Positions 50,851 through 62,393 of a stretch of 64,000 bases of DNA are shown piece by piece. Source of the stretch: Phoronis australis (lineage: Eukaryota > Animalia > Phoronida); assembly GCA_002633005.1 (NCBI GenBank), contig NMRA01000026.1:1665599-1729598 (forward strand), given 5' to 3'. Every line of letters starts with the position of its first letter. The stretch's first letter is position 1. The notes under the pieces were generated by a model. The model was not told the DNA's origin. It worked only from the letters and a program-made list of their open reading frames with translations, and did not search any database. Both the position numbers and the translations under genes were made by a program.

Positions 50851-50914
50851 TAACCTGGTTCCCAGGCCTCACAAGCTGACGTCAACCAACCACGAGGGTC
50901 TGTGCAGGAGACTA
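50851..50914. mobile_element. 64-bp mini-insertion with 9-bp TSD, present only in copy 2
   Basis: GATCAGCGA at 50842-50850 and 50915-50923 flanks TAACCTGG...GGAGACTA. Copy 1 has a single atcagcga (empty site) at ~44634-44641. Confidence 0.8.
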
Positions 50915-52303
50915 GATCAGCGACAGCGGCCGGGCAACTGAACTGGGGAAGGGAAGCGGTCGCTCTCTCAGCAGGCTGACCGTCACTGAGTCTCTATATA
51001 TAACTTTCACCTGTACTTCATGTAGTAGTATTATGAGCAGTATTAGTAGTATTAGCAGTGGGTTTTCCGCATTGAGTGAGTTGTTCTCCTCATCTAAAGT
51101 TTGTAGTCTTCACTAAATAGTCCTACCAGTCGATCGAGACTCATCTCTTGATCTTGCCAACGAACCACCTCTGCGTACAATAGCCAAATCTGCCACTGTG
51201 CCCCCCACCTAGGGCGGACGTGGGAGATTCGGTAAAAATATGGTGGCATGTGAGCACGGGGGCGAGGGGGCGGGGGTTGTTTGGGGAAGTAGAAATGGTT
51301 TGTGCCCCCCNCCCCCCCCCCAATTTTTGCCTTCCTACGGGCCTGTACTAGAGACCCTCCATACACTGCCAGGGGACTTTTCGGTAAATTATGCCTCACA
51401 CTGATTAAACCATCAAGTTGCTATAGACCTTTTGCGCACAGAGGGTTACCTTAGGAGGCTGTTGACGTCTCAAATTCCTTCCAACTCGAACAAATACTGT
51501 CGTAATCAAACTTTTTTTCGCACCAGTCCTTCGTTCACCAGTTACTACCCAAGTCGTCAACTGGTCGTATTTACAGTTCAATGTCACCGATGTTTGAGGG
51601 TATAACTGCGTGTTGATTTTTTATGAAGAACTCATCATTTTTTGATATTTGTAAATATGACAAGGTCGTAAACAGACTCCACGCAAAAATTTAGCATGTT
51701 GTAACATTAATCAAACTTATTAGAAAAAATACCAACCTTTCTAACCTGAATATAGCAGTGATAACCATAATCAAGGGAGCGTATAAGTGGATTTGTAGTG
51801 TACACTGAATCATAGACTAAACGTGGTGAACAAACGGCGAAGTTCCACCAAAGACGATTCAGCTTGGACTACCGAGTCGGCTCTGATATCGATGATAAAT
51901 AGGGACAGCTATCTAGCAAGAGCGGTTTCGTTCAAATATGTCACATAAAACTGAATAAACGCCCGAACGTATTTTGTAAAAGGGGGGGGGGATAGTTTGT
52001 CACTAAAACTGTCCTATATACTGTGCTAAAACGGTTAGTTTCCCACAAAGTCACCCAACATCTTTTAGTTTTTGTCCAGCATTTGAGTGAAATTGCCATC
52101 TGAGTTACTTTTGGAGACTGTCATTCATGTGGCCTGAGTGAACACATTAGTGGCGGCTGTCGCTCAAGGAACCACTCAGCGGATGCCAAGCGTCAGACCG
52201 ACTCGAGATCCCAAGTAGCAAATGGGCAATACCAAAATTTAAACTGAAAACGGCTGGGTCTGAGACCGAGGATTCAATCGCTTTCGATGCAAATAATGTT
52301 AAC

Positions 52304-52825
52304 TGTCTTTTTCTAGCTGTAAATATTTTTGGTGAAGCATTTGACGCCTTGTATGACGGGGTTCAGCTAGTACGCTTATGTCCGTCACTGTATTTGAAGC
52401 AATCGGGTTTAATACCCAACCCAGGGCATGGGCTTTGTTGGAATACTATTCCACTTTATGATGCGAGTGGAAACTTGATTAATGATTTCGGGTACTTCGA
52501 AATTTCGTTTAGTGTGGAAAATCTGGCATTTTCACATAAATTTCTTGTCGATCATATTGACGTACCAATTATTTTAGGTCTCGATTTCATGAAACGAAAT
52601 AGTTGTCAAACATTTAACCTTCCCCAGAAGGACTCCGTTTATATCAAGGGGGTACCGATATCGCTATGTCCCAACCGTAAATGTATGAGTGGTGTGGTGA
52701 CAAGTTACGGCAGCAAACCTTCAGGGTTGGAAAACGGTTCACTAGCCAGCCATTTAGAATCCATGTATAAGAGCGCGATCGAAGGTCTTAAAGGTAACTT
52801 ACTCCATGGTGACACAAGTCTTTGA
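52304..52825 (+). pseudogene. Gypsy-type aspartic protease relic (copy 2, frameshifted near the active site)
   Basis: Same sequence as copy 1, with compensating 1-bp indels (gacgggg vs gacggggg). Confidence 0.65.
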
Positions 52826-53712
52826 CTGAAATGTTTTGTTCTCTTTACGTAGTTCTGAAGTCTTTCCCAACCAATCAATTTGTGTTGTACCAGCCTCGTC
52901 TCAAAATTGTTTTTGTCATCATGGTTGTAGCACACATCGTAATTAGCACTGACTCCATGTTTGTCAATATCATTTCCAACATCACCATCATCAGCTTATT
53001 TGCAGGCCTTCATGAATACGTCCTGGGCGTAAATTTGGACGCCCTAGCACTAATCTGGACGCCCTGGCAAAGACGCCCAATGTATCATTTGGACGCCTTC
53101 TGTCAAGCAGAATTTCTCCTGTTTGGACACCCACCTTGTAAGATTACTAGGACTCCCAGTTAATGAAAGATGTGCGATTGTTCAAGACAGAAGTTGGTCC
53201 TTTCATGTCAGAGAGAAATATACAATGTATGTAAAATGTTGGAATCATGGACCCTGTGGAATATTGTGAACCCCATTTTGGACACTCTATTTTCGAAATC
53301 CTGAATAAAGCCCTGGCTTGAATCGATGCCAAAATCTCGCATTCTGTAGAAAAACTGACTATTCAGTAGACAACTTCTCTAGCAGTTCGTACACTCTAAT
53401 AGTCTGTACACCTCACTTCTGATGTTTCATCACCGGAAGTGGAAGAATAAGAATATTGCTGCGAGTCTGTGAATGAATATTTGGCAAATGCATTTCTTTT
53501 CATTTGATTTATTTCTTCAAATTAAATAAAATGCATTGCAAGTCCTACGATGGGGACTGATAGAAGCATATACGTGAAAAAAAATTGTCGTTCCGTCTTG
53601 CGTTTCATGGTGTGCATAGTTGGTGTCAAGGTGGGATAAACAGTTTTGTTGTATGTAGTTTATTAACTGAAAGTTATATTTTATCATAACACCTTATGTT
53701 TTGATTTAATAC

Positions 53713-53885
53713 AGATTTTGAGCAAATGCCTAACAGGGCTGAGGTCAAAATCATCATCAGTCATAAAATATAGATTTTGAGCAAATGCCGAACAGGGCTG
53801 AGGTCAAAATCACCATCAGTCATAAAATATAGATTTTGAGCAAATGCCGAACAGGGCTGAGGTCAAAATCATAATCAGTCACAGA
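53713..53885 (+). repeat. 59-bp tandem satellite, ~3 copies
   Basis: Same unit as at 48802. Confidence 0.9.
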
Positions 53886-55723
53886 ATTTAGAAAAATATG
53901 TATCCCATTGTGACACATAATAAAACCACGAAGAACAGTTGATTATCAAACAAAAAACGATTTCAAACATTTCTAACCGAGTGTAAAAGGGCATCTGAAT
54001 GGGCAGTGAAACAAATAAAACATTCCTTTGACTTTTAACTAAAAAAAAACAAAAAATTGTACAAAGTTGCTTTTTATAATATATCAGAATGTATTGGAGT
54101 TAAATCTTCACTGTTTACTAAGTACCCGTTAGAACATGCCTTTCAGTTCAGCAAAAGTTGCCATGTTGTTAGTACTGCCAGAAATGAGACTATGTCCAAT
54201 GGGTATTGTGAGCACTCAATAAGTTACGTTTGCGTGACTAAATTATGGCGAAAACCATTGAATCACACAGAATAGGTAAAGGCATGTCTTCCTGAATTTC
54301 ACTGTCAACTATTGATGAAAATAATTTATAAGCCGTTTTAAACATGTAACTTATGCCGCTGTAACATAAGATGGTCAACCTGATCAGTCCAAACAAGTGA
54401 CTCAGAGTTCTCCACAAAACTTGCTATAACTTTGTACTGCTTCACCCGATTTTGATAATTTTTGATTTTTTGTTGTGTGGTATGCATTACCTTTCCGACG
54501 ATATTGAAGAATTTTCTTAAAACGAAAGCAATGGTTAGATCGCCCTATTTGTACTTCCTCATGAACTTGACAGTCTTGATCCTGCCGGCCACGCAATCTC
54601 AGATCAGTGAGAAATCTTTGACACCCAAGCCAATGGTACGGGTACATTGTCACAACATCCCACTACACAGCGGTCTGGCATTCTTTAAACGCCAACTTTA
54701 ATTTAATTAAAAAACACTAAAATTCACAAAAAACACTAGAACTTTCGGCACATAACAACGGAGATACTCGACTGATTCGGCATTGCTCGGGACATGTCTC
54801 GCTGATTTGACGTAGTAAACGAAGATAGCCGAAGTTAACATTTTCCTGTCTCAGTATTTTGAGGGGAAATGGGGGTGTTTTTTTAAAGAAATATTTACGA
54901 ATAGCGGAACCTTTACTAATTGTCAAGACATGTGTATACATCTTAATAACAAAGTAGCTTTCAACCAATCACCTTAATATACCCTCAAAAATACCACCAC
55001 ATACAGACTTAATAATTTTAATTAACTCGCCCCTAAGTTATGAGACTTCGTAAATGATACTATTAGAAAGATTAGATAGCTTTATAAAGCTTCCTACTCT
55101 GCTGTAAATATATGTATATATATTCATTAGTTAGATAGCTTTATAAAGCTTCCTAAGAGTAATATTAGAGAACTAAACCCGGACACCCTGCTGTAAATAT
55201 ATGTTCATTAGTTAGTTTTAGTAAAGTTCATGTAAATACCCCAGCTCTCAATACCTTCTGCACTTGTATAGTTACCTTTCACTATGTATAACACGTTATT
55301 AAAAAGTATCATACAGTCCCTATAAATACTGTAAATATCTAAATACAACTCTTGTTTCACATCAACTACACACAGGCTAATGTTCAATGTTGATTTGAGT
55401 ATCAATAAAAAATATGTGTGTATGCACACATGCGATGCTATTTTGTAAAAAGGAACTGCTCAAATTTTATTTGTACCCTATCAACATTATTGTCATCAGA
55501 CACGCTCAATGATGACGTGGTACGTTATTACCAATTATGAGATTATTACCTTCATAAAGACCAGCTCTGTTCTAACTTCTAGTTGAAAAGTTGATTAGTT
55601 AAAAAGTTGATTACAATCACCACAAACACCTACAAGGCCCTGGCACTACTAAATTGTAATACAACAATTTTGGGTCACACTTGTGGCTTTAGCATATAGA
55701 AATCCTACCACTGACTGGAAGAT

Positions 55724-56626
55724 TCAAAGTTGTGATTTAGCAAACTTTAGTTTGTTCCTAAAAATGGGTTCCACATCAGACCAAGAAAAACCAGTAAAGT
55801 ATTGTTCAACAATAGTCCTCAGTTCAGCTGCAGAATTGACAGCACGTTTTCTGTAGGCTGTTTCTCCACTCTTAGCTTCGAAAAATATTACTTTGTCGCT
55901 TGTTCCTTTAAGTGCGCAAGACAATCCCGGAGGACAAATGACTGCTCTCGCAGTCTGGTGCAATGCACTACCACTACTGTGCAAGAAGACTTTCTCATTA
56001 ATCCATACATCTAACTCGTCCGGTGAAAATGCATCTAGGTTGAAAGCATAAGCATCTACCCACTGGGCCTCTTCAATATGTGTAAAGAACGGATCCGTCT
56101 TAGTTGTGAGCTGCCGACGAACATAATGATCTCCAACTTTGGCATATTTGCACAACACATGGTTATGCTTATAACATGGAGATTCCACTTCAAAATCGAG
56201 AGGGAACGCGTCAAAAGCTGGCTGTCCAACTCCTATATCCACCACAAAGGTGTCTCCCTCTTTCTGTAGATCTTTAACAAAAAGAATCACATGCAGTGGA
56301 TACTTGTCCCCCAGTATCTTCGATAAACCGCAGTAGGTATGGAAACCCAAACCTGCCAGCAGCGCACACAGGAATATATTCAGCTCATAACACAAACCAC
56401 CTTGTCGGCTCATCATTTTCTCTTTGATGGTGTCCCAGCTTGGAGAACATCTCTGATCCTTAGGAATCATTAACAGATTGAAATTGGTAAACGGGATGTG
56501 GTGATTAAATGCTGTAATTATACGTTTCAAAAAGGCAGCCTTGTCCAGTTTCTTGCAATTCTCAAAACTAACACCAATAATTTTTAGGAAACGTCCGATT
56601 TCCTCTGGAGACAGGTGCATCGCCAT
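55724..56626 (-). CDS. Arylamine N-acetyltransferase (NAT family), ~300 aa, intronless CDS
   Basis: Motifs HIPFTNF, RQGGLCYELN (catalytic Cys), LHVIL (His) and VDIGVG (Asp) form the NAT Cys-His-Asp triad. First ATG at 56626. A minus-strand splice acceptor near 56664 and a donor near 57044 suggest 5'UTR exons. Confidence 0.9.
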   Translation of the reverse strand: MAMHLSPEEIGRFLKIIGVSFENCKKLDKAAFLKRIITAFNHHIPFTNFNLLMIPKDQRCSPSWDTIKEKMMSRQGGLCYELNIFLCALLAGLGFHTYCGLSKILGDKYPLHVILFVKDLQKEGDTFVVDIGVGQPAFDAFPLDFEVESPCYKHNHVLCKYAKVGDHYVRRQLTTKTDPFFTHIEEAQWVDAYAFNLDAFSPDELDVWINEKVFLHSSGSALHQTARAVICPPGLSCALKGTSDKVIFFEAKSGETAYRKRAVNSAAELRTIVEQYFTGFSWSDVEPIFRNKLKFAKSQL

Positions 56627-57434
56627 TTTGTCAACCGTGTAGTGTGGACAAATGTTCAAAAGCTGAATAAGTTAAAAAAAACAACGTGTTGTCACTGAGC
56701 TGGCTCAAACATAAAAGGGATTCCTTCACATAGGCTGCTACCCACATTTAGCTGTAGCACAAAAGAAAGTAGATCACCCCACATCAGAATAGAATTCACT
56801 TACATAACCATTTAGACTGTATACCGACTGTGGTAATAACATATAGCACAACACAGAAAACTGAACAATGGTCACACCCAAGAAAAGCAAGGCTCAATAA
56901 TTGCAATCAGTTCAGCTGCAGATTAACTGTGGGTCTTACATAATCCCTTTCAGAGTCAGGCATACCACATTCTAAAGGATGACTGCTATTGAAAGCAGAC
57001 AGGTAAATCACTTGGGGCTAAAATAAAATTTTCTGGTTACTTACCAAATGCCAACTGAATTTCATATGCAAACGGCTATTAAGTTGTGATAATTAAAAAG
57101 AGACATCAAATCGGACAGTGTTTGAGAAACTTGAGCATGTTTTTGTTTATGAATTTCATGCGTTTCTCACGTTAGGAGTGGCCATTTTAAAAATTCCAAT
57201 TTTCAACTGTCAACAGCAGAAAAGAAATTCATTTTATTAAGTAAGCAACTGTTTTGACATGACTAGGAATAACTCAATCACTTTCAGAATCACTTATATG
57301 AAGTTGTGCTTAATGATTGAGAAATGGTAGGGTTCATCCTAAAACAGGAACTCGTTACGAAATTTGTAAATTCTGTGTTTCTAAACCTCATCTAGTGTAA
57401 AGAATGTTAATTCCAATCAACACGCTCAAGTTAA

Positions 57435-58559
57435 TGTTGATTTGCGATCCATAACTGATTTATTGAGAGCTATAAAATACACGTCTACAAACTACACACT
57501 ATGAAACGTGGAGGGAAGAGAAAAGACACTGCGCATGCTCAGCAGTGATATATGAGTCTGTAATGATAAATAGTGTCTGGTCACGGGAGCGATTCCAATC
57601 AACACACCCCTTGGGCCTTGGATCGCGACTACGGCTCTCAAATGTCCATCTTTCGAGAGCGGTTTCGTAAAAATATCAGCCAAATTGTCTTTGGTGTTCA
57701 CATACTGAAACTTCACACAATCGTTGCTCCGTATGTAATGGTAGCACACGTCAATGTGTTTTGTGCGTTGATGTTTTTCGGTGACTCCTTGCTGAGGGTG
57801 ATAGTCCCTTGATTATCACAGTGAATAACCGTAGTGTCCGGTTGGGGGATTCCGAAAGCAGAACACAAACATCGTAAATACATCAGTTCCTTCGTGGCTT
57901 CAGTGAGTGCCATGTACTCGGCTTCGCACGATGACAACGCGACTGTCGGCTGTTTCCAAGTTTTCCAGGAGATTGGCGCACTTCCGAGCGTGAAGATAAA
58001 ACCGGAAGTAGATCGACGATCGTCGACGTCTCCTGCCCAGTCCGAGTCGGAGTATCCTGTTAACAGACTATCCGTTGTTCTGAAAGTAAGCGCGAACGTT
58101 TTGGTCCCTTTCAGGTATCGCAATACGCGCTTTATTGCGGTCACGTGTGCCGGTCCAGTTTTGTCGAGGAACTGTGACAATTTTGACAATGTCCAAGAGA
58201 TGTCCGGGAGTGTGACATTCGTGAGATAAACTAGACTTCCCACGGCTTGACGGTAGGGAAATCCTAGTTTGAGAAAATGAGCGTGTTCCTCGTCTGACGA
58301 TTTGGCAAGTATCGCACCAGTGTCTACAGGTGTCAGTGCAGGCTTGCACTCGTACATGTCAAAACGTTTGAGTATCGTCTCAACACAACGTTCTTGACTC
58401 GTCACGTACGAGCCGTCGGGTAAGCGATAGAAATCTATTCCCAAGAACCAGTGTAGGGGTCCACGGTCGTCCATTCGGAAGCGTCCTTCATATGCTTAAT
58501 GCATTCAGTGTTGTCACTTGCCAAAATTATGTCATCGACCCAAAACAAAACAAACATGT
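57435..58559 (-). mobile_element. Second partial copy of the same copia element (RT 3' part, RNase H, PPT, 170-bp 3' LTR at 57435-57604)
   Basis: Near-identical to 58637-59770; ends abruptly at the single N (58560). Confidence 0.9.
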
Positions 58560-58800
58560 NGAAGGGAAATGTTTCCATGGCCGCACCTCTAAATTCCATC
58601 TCCGATTATTTGTACTCCAGTCTTGGACCAACAGACTGTTGATTTGCGATCCATAACTGATTTATTGAGAACTATAAAATACACGTCTACAAACTACACA
58701 CTATGAAACGTGGAGGGGAGAGCAAAGACACTGCGCATGCTCAGCAGTGATATATGAGTCTGTAATGATAAATAGTGTCTGGACATGGGAGCGATTTTAA

Positions 58801-60021
58801 TCAACACCTCCCTTGGATCGCGACTACGGCTCTCAAATGTCCATCTTTCGAGAGCGGTTTCATAAAAATATCAGCCAAATTGTCTTTGGTGTTCACATAC
58901 TGAAACTTCATAAAATCGTTGCTCCGTATGTCATGGTAGCGCACGTCAATGTGTTTTGTGCGTTGATGTTGTTTCGGTGACTCCTTGCTGAGGGCGATAG
59001 TCCCTTGATTATCACAGTGAATAACCGTAGTGTCCGGTTGAGGGATTCCGAAAGCAGAACACAAACATCGTAAATACATCAATTCCTTCGTGGCTTCAGT
59101 GAGTGCCATGTACTCGGCTTCGCACGATGACAACGCGACTGTTGGCTGTTTCCGAGTTTTCCAGGAGATTGGCGCACTTCCGAGCGTGAAGATAAAACCG
59201 GAAGTAGATCGACGATCGTCGACGTCTCCTGCCCAGTCCGAGTCGGAGTATCCCGTTAGCAGACTATCCGTTGTTCTGAAAGTAAGCGCGAACGTTTTGG
59301 TCCCTTTCAGGTATCGCAATACGCGCTTTATAGCGGTCACGTGTGCCGGTCCAGTTTTGTCGAGGAACTGTGACAATTTTGACAATGTCCAAGAGATGTC
59401 CGGGCGTGTGGCATTCGCGAGATAAACTAGACTTCCCACGGCTTGACGGTAGGGAAATCCTAGTTTGAGAAACTGAGCGTGTTCCTCGTCTGATGATTTG
59501 GCAAGTATCGCACCAGTGTCTACGGGTGTCGGTGCAGGCTTGCACTCGTACATGTCAAAACGTTTGAGTATCGTCTCAACACAATGTTCTTGACTCATCA
59601 TGTACGAGCCGTCGGGTAGGCGATAGAAATCTATTCCCAAGAACCAGTGTAGGGGTCCACGGTCGTCCATTCGGAAGCGTTCGCTTAGTTGTTCCTTCAT
59701 ATGCTTAATGCATGCAGTGTTGTCACTTGCCAAAATTATGTCATCGACCCAAAACAAAGCAAACATGTTTGTGTCGTCGTTAACGTAGACACACGGGTCG
59801 TTATCGCTCACACGAAATCCCGCGTGCTTGAGGAAATCAGTGAGGGTCGTGTGCCAGTTGCGTCCGCTCTGACGTAATCCGTAGAGTGATTTCTTCAAGT
59901 GACATGTGAGTTTGCCGTTCGTGCCAGATTGTTCATATCCGGGCGGCTGTTCAACGTAGATGTCTTTATCAATGGATGCATTTAGATACGCGCCCTTGAC
60001 ATCCATCTGGTGTAGCTCCAA
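58801..60021 (-). CDS. Copia pol fragment: reverse transcriptase + RNase H (406-aa open segment)
   Basis: RVT_2-type and copia RNase H motifs; joined to the upstream pol segment (59982-60761) by a frameshift. Confidence 0.85.
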   Translation of the reverse strand: MELHQMDVKGAYLNASIDKDIYVEQPPGYEQSGTNGKLTCHLKKSLYGLRQSGRNWHTTLTDFLKHAGFRVSDNDPCVYVNDDTNMFALFWVDDIILASDNTACIKHMKEQLSERFRMDDRGPLHWFLGIDFYRLPDGSYMMSQEHCVETILKRFDMYECKPAPTPVDTGAILAKSSDEEHAQFLKLGFPYRQAVGSLVYLANATRPDISWTLSKLSQFLDKTGPAHVTAIKRVLRYLKGTKTFALTFRTTDSLLTGYSDSDWAGDVDDRRSTSGFIFTLGSAPISWKTRKQPTVALSSCEAEYMALTEATKELMYLRCLCSAFGIPQPDTTVIHCDNQGTIALSKESPKQHQRTKHIDVRYHDIRSNDFMKFQYVNTKDNLADIFMKPLSKDGHLRAVVAIQGRC

Positions 60022-62317
60022 CTGTTCATTGGCGGCATTTGCAGTAGCATGCGGATTGACGTGAGACGTGTCGTGGGTGAGAACGTCTCGTCGAAGTCAA
60101 CCCCAGGGATTTGTGAGTATCCCTTCGCGACGTAACGCGCTTTGTATTGCACGTCATTTGGGGTCCGTCCCTGTTTTAGGGTGTAAACCAATCTACCTTT
60201 TGTTTCAGCTCTACCTTCCGGCAGGTCAACAAGGTCATATGTGTTGTTTTCTTGTAAAGTTTCAATTTCAATGTCCATAGCCGTTTTCCATTTATCGCTA
60301 TCATGTGAGTTAATAGCTTCTGCATATGTCTCCGGTATCATATGTATCGCCCTGTACGCATAGTCCACAGTTGCCGACATATACACATGATAATCGTCTA
60401 AATATTTGGGCGGTCTGGTTTCTCGGCGTGGTCGCTCAAGGGCAGTTGGATCCTCCTCCTTAACATCTGGTGTCTGAGTTTGTGTCTCGTCGTGCCGGCT
60501 GCCAGTCGGTTCCGGTGTACCGGGTTTTATCAGCTTGATCGGCGTGTCATCTCCGTCTGGTTCGGCGTCACGTGTCGTTTGTTTGCCAAACAAGACATTT
60601 TGCGAGGTCATTACCCTTCCATTCCTGCACAGAACGAAGTAGCCTTTATTAATTGGGTTGATGCCAAGGTAAATTCCGGGTTCCCCGCGGTTGTCGAATT
60701 TCTGCTTGTGACCCTCGATGTATGCAGTGCACTGTGTTCCGAATGCATGTATGAGTCGCATGTCGGGTTTTTTATCACAGAACAGTTCGTAAGCTGTTGT
60801 TTTTGTTCTCTGTTGAAAACTTCAATCTGTTTCACAGGTACTGCGCATGTTTCACGGCGTATGACCAGAGGTTTTTTGGAATTGATCCGTCTTCGCGCAA
60901 ACAACGAGCCATATCCATCAGACTGCGCCAAGAGCGTTCAGATTTACCATTCTNATGTACTTGTAACCTTCTATTGATGTAGGGGTCACAGTGGCCCGCA
61001 GACATCTGTGTGGACTCGTTCGAGTGGGCGTGTCGCGAGCGAAGCGAGGACATGTTTGTTCTTCGGCTGTTTAGTTATTTTGCAGCGTTGGCAGGTCTCG
61101 CATAACTTATCGCCGGTTTTGGTCACATTCATTGCAAGACAAACCGTTTGTAACTTAAGTATGTCTTCGTGATTCATGTGTCCGAGAATGACGTGCCATT
61201 CATCCAGGGTACGTGATACGCTGGCGTGATCGGTCACTTTTCCCGCCTTTTCGAGGAAGTAGAGTTTCCCGTGTTGCAAAATGTTGAACTTCGTCACATT
61301 GTGTGAGAGTGAATTGTGCTAGCACCATTTGGCTACGGCTGCCCGTACGGAAAATAGGCTGACTGGGTACGTCCGTACCAGCAGCGCATTTTTGCAAACA
61401 ATTTTCCGTTCGATCCCCTTTGAATCCAACACTGTGAAAGTAGCTTCCCCTTTGGCTGTTGCAAGTTTCTTGCTCTTACTACCATCGGCCAGTTCTATGT
61501 AGTGCTTTTCGGGGTTAAAAGATTTGTCGAAGCTGGTGAAGCAATCGCCGCTGTTTACCATGTGAGAGGTTGCTCCACAGTCGACCAGAAGTTTTCCGCT
61601 TCTAGTTGTTGACCCGTCTACGTTTGAGGTGAACGAAGTCGTTCCCTTTAGACAGTTTTGCCGTGTTGGTTGAGGCGTCTCTCTTCTTCTTGAAACAGGC
61701 CTCTTCGTTGTGTCGTATTTTATGACAGTAGGTGTATTTCAGTTTGGCTTTCGAGCGACATTCTTGAGTTGTGTGTCCGTATTTGGCGCACGCAATGCAC
61801 TGGACGTTAGAGCGCGTAGTCGAGTGTCTGCCGGCGACTTTCGAACTTGCCATGGCGCATGCTTGTGGTACAGAGGTTCTCATGGCTTCCGTGTTCGCGT
61901 ACTTTGAGAGTGCAGCTTTGAACTGAACTAGCGTTTTGTCATTTATCTAGTTGCGTGTGCACAACAACAAATGGTCGATATGATTCGGGAAGGCCTTTTA
62001 ATACCATTGCGATCACAAGATTGTCAGAAATGTTCTCACCTGCTGTCCGTAAACCAGTTGATGCGCGTTCGGCACGGATTACGTAGTCGGTGATGTTTTC
62101 TTCTGGTTTCATCACCAATGTTGTCAGCTCCTCGTACAGTGTTAACACTCGTGGTTTTTCTGTACTGTCATAGTGCGCTTTTAGCGTTTGGTAGGCTGCT
62201 TTTCCGTCATTTGGGTTATCGTTCATGATCAGCACGAGTGATCGTTCGTCGAGAACTTGTACTAGTTCTGCATATGCAGCCCGGTTCTTTGCGGCGAAAT
62301 CCAAAACCGGTTCATCG

Positions 62318-62393
62318 CACAGGCGTCCTCAGCTTCTGATCGTAGTATTATATGTAGTGTATTGGGGACGATCAGCAGCTGAGGACGCCTGTG
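62318..62393. mobile_element. 76-bp hairpin element with CACAG...CTGTG ends at the copia 5' LTR/gag junction
   Basis: CACAGGCGTCCTCAGCT(T)CTGATCGT versus ACGATCAG(C)AGCTGAGGACGCCTGTG: 26-bp inverted repeat with 1 mismatch and a 24-bp loop. No TSD. Confidence 0.75.

Larger units (their letters stand above)
49662..53885 (+). repeat. Copy 2 of the near-tandem segmental duplication
   Basis: Starts immediately after the N gap with the same sequence as 43472. Duplicated ORFs: 43808/50011, 47434/52349, 48236/53147. Confidence 0.9.

Noticed and set aside
48802-53885. 59-bp repeats as a CRISPR-like array
   Set aside because: Units are tandem with no unique spacers; eukaryotic context; no cas genes.
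57834-59425. Plus-strand ORFs antisense to copia pol
   Set aside because: Shadow ORFs of the RT/RNase H coding strand.
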